A stretch of DNA of 40,828 bases from Bacteroidales bacterium (GTDB taxonomy: Bacteria > Bacteroidota > Bacteroidia > Bacteroidales > 4572-128): assembly GCA_029938235.1 (NCBI GenBank), contig JAOZVH010000003.1, forward strand, positions 1-40,828, read 5' to 3'. The position numbers were made by a program, and so were the translations under genes. The notes under the pieces are model-generated. The model was not told the origin of the DNA. It worked only from the letters and a program-made list of their open reading frames with translations, and made no database searches. Positions 9,131 through 15,442 of the stretch are shown here, piece after piece (the stretch's first letter is position 1; every line of letters starts with the position of its first letter).

Positions 9131-10636
9131 ATGTTAATAAATTCTATTTTTTTATGGTTTTTTGAAAAACGAATTAAAGAGATCGAGATGTTCAAAGAAA
9201 ATTATTCTGAAATTCAAAATAAAACCTTATTTGAACTCATTAATAGAGCAAAAAATACAGAATTTGGAAAAAAATATGATTTTAAATCTATAAGAAATGA
9301 AAAAGATTTTGCAAATCGTGTACCATTGCAAGATTATGAAAGTTTAAAACCTTATATAAAAAGGTTAATGAAAGGAGAAAAAAATATTTTGTGGGATAAG
9401 AATATTCGTTTTTTCGCAAAATCTTCCGGAACAACCAACGACAAAAGTAAATTTATTCCTCTAACTGATGAATCTTTAAAAAATTGTCATTATAAAAGTG
9501 GGAAAGACATAATGGCATTTTATGTTTCGCAAAATCCTTCAACAAAAATTTTTACTGGAAAAACTTTAACTCTCGGTGGCAGTCAAAAAATTACAAAAAA
9601 TAAAAATAATTTATCTTATGTTGGAGATTTATCTGCAATTTTAATACAAAATTTACCTTTCTGGGCAGAATATATAAGAACCCCAAAATTAAAAATCACT
9701 TTAATGGACGAATGGGAAAAAAAAATATTATTAACTACAAAATCTATTATAAAAGAAAATGTGAAAATTTTGTCCGGAGTTCCATCTTGGATGCTTGTTT
9801 TGTTAAAAAAAGTTTTAGAAGTAACAAAAAAAAATAATTTATCTGAAATATGGGAAAACTTAGAGTTATTTGTTCATGGAGGAGTGAGTTTTATTCCATA
9901 CAGAGAACAATTTAAAAAAATAATTTCTTCTGATAATATGAAATTTTTGGAAACTTATAATGCTTCTGAAGGTTTTTTTAGCATACAAAATGACCTAAAT
10001 TCTGATGATATGCTTTTAATGATTGATTATGGAATTTATTTTGAATTTATAAATATGAAAAATATAAAAGAAGAAAATCCAAAAACTTTAAAATTAGACG
10101 AAGTAGAAGTTAATGAAAATTATGCAATGGTAATTACTACTAATGGAGGACTTTGGCGTTATGTTATAGGCGATACTGTAATTTTTACTTCTAAAAAACC
10201 TTTTAAAATAAAAATTACCGGACGAATAAAACATTTTATTAATGCTTTTGGGGAGGAATTGATCATTGATAATGCTGAAAAGGCATTAAATATAGCAACT
10301 TCCAATACAAATTCTTTGATTAAAGAATATACAGCAGCACCAATTTTTATGAAAGATAACAAAAAAGGAGGACACGAATGGCTAATAGAATTTGAAAAAA
10401 AACCAGATAATATAAAAAATTTTACTGAAATTCTTGATAAAAGTTTAAAAGAATTAAATTCCGATTACGAAGCAAAAAGGTATAAAAATATGACCTTAGA
10501 TTTTCCAAAAATAAAAATTGCAAAAAAAGGAATTTTTTATAAATGGTTGAAACAGAAAAATAAACTCGGTGGACAAAATAAAATCCCACGTCTTGCTAAT
10601 GATAGAAAATATATAGATGAATTATTAATAATTTAA
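9131..10636 (+). CDS. GH3 auxin-responsive-promoter family (acyl-adenylate-forming) protein
   Basis: 501 aa. FAKSSGTTNDKSKFIP, YNASEGFF and YVIGDTV motifs are typical of bacterial GH3-family proteins. Confidence 0.8.
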   Translation: MLINSIFLWFFEKRIKEIEMFKENYSEIQNKTLFELINRAKNTEFGKKYDFKSIRNEKDFANRVPLQDYESLKPYIKRLMKGEKNILWDKNIRFFAKSSGTTNDKSKFIPLTDESLKNCHYKSGKDIMAFYVSQNPSTKIFTGKTLTLGGSQKITKNKNNLSYVGDLSAILIQNLPFWAEYIRTPKLKITLMDEWEKKILLTTKSIIKENVKILSGVPSWMLVLLKKVLEVTKKNNLSEIWENLELFVHGGVSFIPYREQFKKIISSDNMKFLETYNASEGFFSIQNDLNSDDMLLMIDYGIYFEFINMKNIKEENPKTLKLDEVEVNENYAMVITTNGGLWRYVIGDTVIFTSKKPFKIKITGRIKHFINAFGEELIIDNAEKALNIATSNTNSLIKEYTAAPIFMKDNKKGGHEWLIEFEKKPDNIKNFTEILDKSLKELNSDYEAKRYKNMTLDFPKIKIAKKGIFYKWLKQKNKLGGQNKIPRLANDRKYIDELLII

Positions 10637-11076
10637 ACAAATCTTTTAAAATCATTTTCTTTTAATTTTATTTTTTCAAAAAATATTTTAAAATAAAAAT
10701 ATTCAAATTTTATAAGTTCTTCTGCAGATTTATTATTATTTTCCATAGGTATTCTGTGTAAATTAAATTTAGAAAAATCGTCTTTTATACCAGAAATTCC
10801 AAATGAAATTTTACAATTTTCAACATTATACAAATAATTAAATAATTCAATTTTTATTTCGTCGTCGCTAAAAGGAAAATATTTTTCTTTCAAAAGAAAT
10901 TCTTTGTTTCTAATGGGATATAAATTGCTAATGTGTGCTAATCTTACATCACTAATGGTGTGATAAAACGGTAGTAATATTTTTCTTATGGTTATTTTTA
11001 TAAAAAAATCATTTGAAATTTCTTTTGAAAAAAAGAATAATTTTTTTTTTTTAATACTATTTTTCATAATTTTCAA
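10633..11076 (-). CDS. polysaccharide-deacetylase-family remnant (N- and C-terminal pieces only; probably degraded)
   Basis: ILLPFYHTISDVRLAHISNLYPIRN resembles the N-terminus, and ...RIPME... the C-terminus, of ~260-aa Bacteroidetes deacetylases. The central NodB catalytic part appears to be missing (147 aa). Confidence 0.35.
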   Translation of the reverse strand: MKIMKNSIKKKKLFFFSKEISNDFFIKITIRKILLPFYHTISDVRLAHISNLYPIRNKEFLLKEKYFPFSDDEIKIELFNYLYNVENCKISFGISGIKDDFSKFNLHRIPMENNNKSAEELIKFEYFYFKIFFEKIKLKENDFKRFV

Positions 11077-11113
11077 AATAAATAATTTTTTTTTTAATAA
11101 TCCTTTTTTTTTT

Positions 11114-11121
11114 TAATTTTG
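11114..11121 (+). promoter_or_regulatory. candidate -7 box TAATTTTG, 26 nt upstream of the helicase ATG
   Basis: Exact TAnnTTTG match. Confidence 0.3.
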
Positions 11122-11147
11122 CAAAAAATAATAAATTAATTTAATTA

Positions 11148-13022
11148 ATGAAAACATTCGAAGAACTTGGTTTAAATTCAGAAATATTAAAAGCCATAGA
11201 AGATTTAGGTTTTGAAAGTCCCACTCTTGTGCAAGACAAAACTATAGACGTTTTATTGAATTCTAATAAAGATTTAGTTGTATTGTCGCAAACCGGAACT
11301 GGAAAAACTGCTGCTTTTGGTTTTCCTTTAATTCAAAAAATTGAAAAAGATACAAAAAAACCACAAACTTTAATTTTATGTCCTACTCGTGAATTATGTA
11401 TTCAAATTACGAAAGATTTAAAATCTTATGCTAAATATACAAAAAACTTTAATATTGTTGCTGTTTATGGAGGTTCTTCCATAGAAAAACAGATGTATGA
11501 TTTAAAAAGTAATGTACAAATGGTTGTTGGTACACCCGGAAGAACTTTAGATTTGATAAAAAGAAAAAAGTTAAATGTATCAGAAATAAAATATCTTATT
11601 CTTGATGAAGCAGATGAAATGTTTAATATGGGCTTCAAAGAAGAATTAAATTCTATTTTAGAAAAAACTCCAGATAAAAAACAAAATTGCCTTTTTACAG
11701 CGACTATGCCAAAAGAAGCCTACAGAATTGCGTCTAAATATATGGACAATCCTGAGGAAATTGTTGCCGGAGAGAGAAATATTGGTGCTATTAATGTAAA
11801 TCATGTTTATTATATGGTTCAGGCGAAAGATAGGTATAAAGCTTTGAAACGTATTGCAGATGTAAATCCAAATATTTATGGAATAATTTTTTGTCGTACT
11901 CGTAGAGAAACGAAAGATATTGCAGATAAATTGATGAGCGACGGTTATAATGCTGATGCTTTACATGGTGATTTATCTCAGGCACAACGCGATTATGTTA
12001 TGCATCGTTTTAGAGTAAAAAATTTGCAAATTCTTGTTGCTACTGATGTTGCTGCCCGTGGTCTTGATGTTGAAGATTTAACACATATTATTAATTATAA
12101 TATTCCAGATGACCCAGAGGCTTATATTCACAGAAGTGGAAGAACCGGAAGAGCGGGAAAAAAAGGTACTTCAATTTCTATTATTCACACAAGAAGTATG
12201 AATAAAATTCGTGAATTAGAAAGAAAAGTTTCTCAGAAATTTGAAAGAAATTTGATACCTATTGGCGAAGAAATTTGTGAAAAACAACTTTTTAATTTAA
12301 TTGATAAAGTAGAAAAAATTAAAGTTGACGAAAAACAAATTGAGAAATATCTTCCTATAATTTACAAAAAATTAGATTGGTTAAAAAGAGAAGATTTAAT
12401 TAAACATTTTGTTTCTGTTGAATTTAATCATTTTTTAGAGTACTATAAAAATGCTGTGGATTTAAATGTTCAAATTAGAAAAGATAGAAATACAAGAGAT
12501 GGAAATACGAGAGATAGAAATACAAAAGATGGAAAAGGAAACTTTAGAAATTCTTCTGAAAATTTCTCCAGATTTTATATAAATATTGGTTCTGTAAATA
12601 AATTAGTTCCTGTTCGTTTGATAGGTTTAATTAATGAAAAGCTAAGGAAAAGAGATGTTGAAATAGGAAAAATAGAAATTTTAAAGAAATTTTCTTTTTT
12701 TGAAGTTGATAAAAATTTTGAAGATGAAATATTAAAAACTTTCGAAAACTCTGAGTTTGAAGGTAACAGTTTAATTGTAGAACTTTCAAAAGAAAAAAAA
12801 GAAAAACAGCAAGACGGTAATTTTAGAAAAAGAAATTTCAAAAAAAATGACCGTTTTAAAAGAAATGACAGATTTAGAAAAGATGACGATTTCAAAAGAA
12901 ACGACAGATTTAAAAAAGATGACGGTTTCAAAAGAAACGACAGATTTAAAAAAGATGACGGTTTCAAAAGAAACGATAATTCAAGAAAATACGGTGGTTT
13001 TTCAAAAAGAAAAAAAAATTAG
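11148..13022 (+). CDS. DEAD-box ATP-dependent RNA helicase (DeaD/CsdA-like) with a repetitive basic C-terminal tail
   Basis: Motifs SQTGTGKTAAF, PTRELC, DEAD (LILDEADEM), TAT and HRSGRTGRAG. The tail carries KRNDRFKKDDGF repeats. Confidence 0.92.
   Translation: MKTFEELGLNSEILKAIEDLGFESPTLVQDKTIDVLLNSNKDLVVLSQTGTGKTAAFGFPLIQKIEKDTKKPQTLILCPTRELCIQITKDLKSYAKYTKNFNIVAVYGGSSIEKQMYDLKSNVQMVVGTPGRTLDLIKRKKLNVSEIKYLILDEADEMFNMGFKEELNSILEKTPDKKQNCLFTATMPKEAYRIASKYMDNPEEIVAGERNIGAINVNHVYYMVQAKDRYKALKRIADVNPNIYGIIFCRTRRETKDIADKLMSDGYNADALHGDLSQAQRDYVMHRFRVKNLQILVATDVAARGLDVEDLTHIINYNIPDDPEAYIHRSGRTGRAGKKGTSISIIHTRSMNKIRELERKVSQKFERNLIPIGEEICEKQLFNLIDKVEKIKVDEKQIEKYLPIIYKKLDWLKREDLIKHFVSVEFNHFLEYYKNAVDLNVQIRKDRNTRDGNTRDRNTKDGKGNFRNSSENFSRFYINIGSVNKLVPVRLIGLINEKLRKRDVEIGKIEILKKFSFFEVDKNFEDEILKTFENSEFEGNSLIVELSKEKKEKQQDGNFRKRNFKKNDRFKRNDRFRKDDDFKRNDRFKKDDGFKRNDRFKKDDGFKRNDNSRKYGGFSKRKKN
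12855..12980 (+). repeat. in-frame 36-bp tandem repeat (about 3.5 copies; 12891-12926 and 12927-12962 are identical) encoding the FKRNDRFKKDDG tail
   Basis: Direct comparison of the two 36-mers TTCAAAAGAAACGACAGATTTAAAAAAGATGACGGT. Confidence 0.85.
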
Positions 13023-13034
13023 GAAAAAAAATTA

Positions 13035-13151
13035 GAAATGAGGAATGAGCAATTAGGAATTAGGAATGAGCAATATTTTAATAAAAATATTTATTTAGAA
13101 TTTTTTAAAAAGAAATTAACATTTCTCATTCCTCATTCCTCATTCCTCATT
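13035..13151. repeat. GAATGAG-heptamer palindromic element: AATGAGGAATGAG.../...(CTCATTC)x3.7
   Basis: AATGAGGAATGAG (13037-13049) and AGGAATGAG (13062-13070) are complementary to the CTCATTCCTCATTCCTCATTCCTCATT tract at 13125-13151. Confidence 0.7.
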
Positions 13152-14312
13152 AAACTGTTTATTTTATTGTTTTTTTTTCAAAGTTGCTTTGTAAAAAGTG
13201 AAGAAATTAAAAAAATAAAAGTTGGTGCTGAAAGAACGGAAATTTATTTACCATTATTAAAAAATAAAAATGTTGCTATAGTTTCCAATCAAAGTTCTTT
13301 AATTGGAAAAAAACATCTTGTTGATAGCCTTTTGAAATTGAAAATAAATATTGTAAAAATTTTTTGTCCTGAGCATGGTTTTAGAGGAAAAGCTGATGCA
13401 GGTGAACATGTTAATTCTTATACAGATAAGAAAACTGGTTTAAAAGTAATTTCTTTATTTGGAAAAAACAAAAAGGCTCGTAAAAAAGATTTAAAAAATA
13501 TTGATATAATTATTTTTGACATACAAGATGTTGGAGTAAGATTTTATACTTATACTTCAACTATGCATTATATTATGGAATCTTGCGGCGAAAATAATAT
13601 TCAAATGTTGATTTTTGACCGTCCAAATCCAAATGGTTTTTATGTTGATGGTAATATTTTAGATATGAAATTTAAATCTTTTGTTGGAATGCATCCTGTT
13701 CCGATAGTACACGGCTTGACAATTGGAGAATATGCAAAAATGATAAATGGTGAAAAATGGCTAAAAAATGGAATAAAATGTAATTTAAAAATTATTCCTT
13801 GTGAAAATTACACACATAAAGATCTCTACGAATTGCCTGTAAAACCGTCTCCGAATTTACCAAATATTAGTTCAATTTATTTTTATCCGTCTTTGTGTTT
13901 ATTTGAAGGAACGCCCATAAGTGTTGGACGTGGGACAGATTTTCCTTTTCAAGTTTTTGGACATCCAAGTTTTAAAAATGATACATTTTCTTTCATTCCA
14001 AAAAGCACAGAAGGAAGTAAATATCCAAAATTTAAAAATAAAAAATGTTTTGGCTTTGACCTGAGAAAAGAAAAAAATAATATTATTAATTCGAAAAAAA
14101 TTAATTTATCTTTTTTAATAGAAAGTTATAAAAAGTTCGAAAAAAAAGGTCATTTTTTCAAAAAATTTTTTTCTGTTCTTGCTGGTGGCAAAACCTTAGA
14201 AAAACAAATTAAAAAAAATCTTAGTGAAAAAGAAATTCGTGAAACTTGGGAAAAAGACCTAGAAAGTTTTAAAATTTCAAGAAAAAAATATCTTATTTAT
14301 GAGGATTTTTAA
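13038..14312 (+). CDS. DUF1343 / NamZ-like exo-beta-N-acetylmuramidase, lipoprotein; start codon uncertain
   Basis: VGAERTEIYLPLLKNKNVAIVSNQSS...CPEHGFRG...FDIQDVGVRFYTYTSTM...FDRPNP...VGMHPVPIVHGLTIGE. The only in-frame ATG lies inside the palindromic element, while ATT at 13149 would give a minimal lipoprotein signal MKLFILLFFFQSC. Confidence 0.8.
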   Translation: MRNEQLGIRNEQYFNKNIYLEFFKKKLTFLIPHSSFLIKLFILLFFFQSCFVKSEEIKKIKVGAERTEIYLPLLKNKNVAIVSNQSSLIGKKHLVDSLLKLKINIVKIFCPEHGFRGKADAGEHVNSYTDKKTGLKVISLFGKNKKARKKDLKNIDIIIFDIQDVGVRFYTYTSTMHYIMESCGENNIQMLIFDRPNPNGFYVDGNILDMKFKSFVGMHPVPIVHGLTIGEYAKMINGEKWLKNGIKCNLKIIPCENYTHKDLYELPVKPSPNLPNISSIYFYPSLCLFEGTPISVGRGTDFPFQVFGHPSFKNDTFSFIPKSTEGSKYPKFKNKKCFGFDLRKEKNNIINSKKINLSFLIESYKKFEKKGHFFKKFFSVLAGGKTLEKQIKKNLSEKEIRETWEKDLESFKISRKKYLIYEDF

Positions 14313-14397
14313 TTTGAAACTATTAAAATTTTAGATAAATAAAAAAAATGCTTCTTTCTAATAATTTTTTTATTTTAAAAAACAATAAAATATTCCA

Positions 14398-14566
14398 AGA
14401 AAAAAAATTTTTTTTCAAAAAACGCCCAAAATTTCAATGTTTTTATTTCTAAAAAAATTTTTTTTAAAAATCGTCCAAAATTCTAATATTTTTTGTTTTG
14501 ATTTAAAAAAATTTTTTTCAAAAAACGCCTAAAATTTTAATATTTTTGATTTCTAAAAAAATTTTT
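14398..14566 (+). repeat. tandem array of the intergenic unit (3 units), left of the MITE-like insertion
   Basis: Cores ACGCCC (about 14422), TCGTCC 14471 and ACGCCT 14525. Confidence 0.85.
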
Positions 14567-14795
14567 GGTTCTTGGAACCTTTTTGTGAAATATAAATTTT
14601 TTTTATTAAAAATAAAAAGATTATGATTCAAGCGTCCACGCTTGATTTCGTTGCATCGTCCTATAAAGCATTGATTTTTAATGTTTTAATGGCGATTTGG
14701 AATGAAAATTTTTAAAAAATATTTTGAAAAAAAACATAAATTTTTCACAATTTTTTTATGAAAAAAACTCGTATCACAAAAAGGTTCGAAGAACC
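14567..14795 (-). mobile_element. 229-bp non-autonomous MITE-like element, copy A (about 23-bp TIRs GGTTCTTSGAACCTTTTTGTGA, 8-bp AAATTTTT target duplication)
   Basis: TIRs and flanks read directly. It is the reverse complement of the copy at 30742-30970 and contains no ORF. Confidence 0.7.
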
Positions 14796-15362
14796 AAATT
14801 TTTTTCAAAAATCGTCCAAAATTCTAATATTTTTTGTTTTGATTTAAAAAAATTTTTTTCAAAAAACGCCCAAAATTTTAATATTTTTATTTCTAAAAAA
14901 AATTTTTTCAAAAATCGTCCAAAATTCTAATATTTTTTGTTTTGATTTAAAAAAATTTTTTTCAAAAAACGCCCAAAATTTCAATATTTTTATTTCTAAA
15001 AAAATTTTTTTCAAAAATCGTCCAAAATTCTAATATTTTTTGTTTTGATTTAAAAAAATTTTTTTCAAAAAACGCCCAAAATTTTAATATTTTTGAAATT
15101 TAAATTAAAAAAAATTTTTTTAAAAATTCGTCCAAAATTTTAACATTTTTGAAATTTAAATTAAAAAAAAAATTTTTTAAAAAATCGTCCAAAATTCTAA
15201 TATTTTTTGTTTTGATTTAAAAAAATTTTTCAAAAAACGCCCAAAATTTTAATATTTTAATTTCGAAATAAAAAATTTTTTCAAAAAAAAACGCCGAAAA
15301 TTTCAATATTTTTAAATTCAAATTAAAAAATTTTTTTTTCAAAAAACGGCAAAATTTTTATG
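14796..15362 (+). repeat. tandem array of the intergenic unit (11 units), including three near-identical 103-bp dimers
   Basis: TCGTCC cores at 14812, 14915 and 15018. ACGCCC cores at 14866, 14969 and 15072. Further units continue to about 15350. Confidence 0.9.
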
Positions 15363-15403
15363 ATTTTTTTATTTAATAAAAAAATAAAAAAATATTTTTT
15401 TAA

Positions 15404-15429
15404 AAATTTTTGTAAATTTACAAAAATTT
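15404..15429. promoter_or_regulatory. perfect 26-bp palindrome AAATTTTTGTAAATTTACAAAAATTT, 14 nt upstream of the MCP start (candidate operator)
   Basis: All 13 positions pair when checked base by base. Confidence 0.35.
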
Positions 15430-15442
15430 GAAATAAAAAATT

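Noticed and set aside
14783-14795. GGTTCGAAGAACC resembles a tRNA T-arm (GGTTCGAA), suggesting a possible tRNA or tRNA fragment.
   Set aside because: It is a 5-bp stem with a 3-nt loop rather than a 7-nt T-loop. No acceptor, D or anticodon arms can be drawn in the flanks. The same motif is simply the terminal inverted repeat of the 229-bp element (GGTTCTTGGAACC at the other end).
14567-14795. The two 229-bp TIR-flanked segments could be invertible promoter switches (Bacteroides-type invertons), since they occur in opposite orientations relative to the arrays.
   Set aside because: Both copies are flanked by 7-8 bp direct duplications of the target, and removing them precisely restores an intact repeat unit and the array period. 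That is the signature of transposition rather than a resident invertible segment. No recombinase gene is nearby. Inversion cannot be fully excluded without read-level data.
14398-15362. The regularly spaced intergenic repeats could be CRISPR arrays.
   Set aside because: The segments between the conserved cores are only about 12-20 nt, are low-complexity and themselves recur (ATTTCT, GTTTTGATTT, AAATTTCAAAAT), so there are no unique spacers. The period is about 50-57 bp. The same unit is arrayed at seven loci in both orientations, and no cas gene or leader is present.
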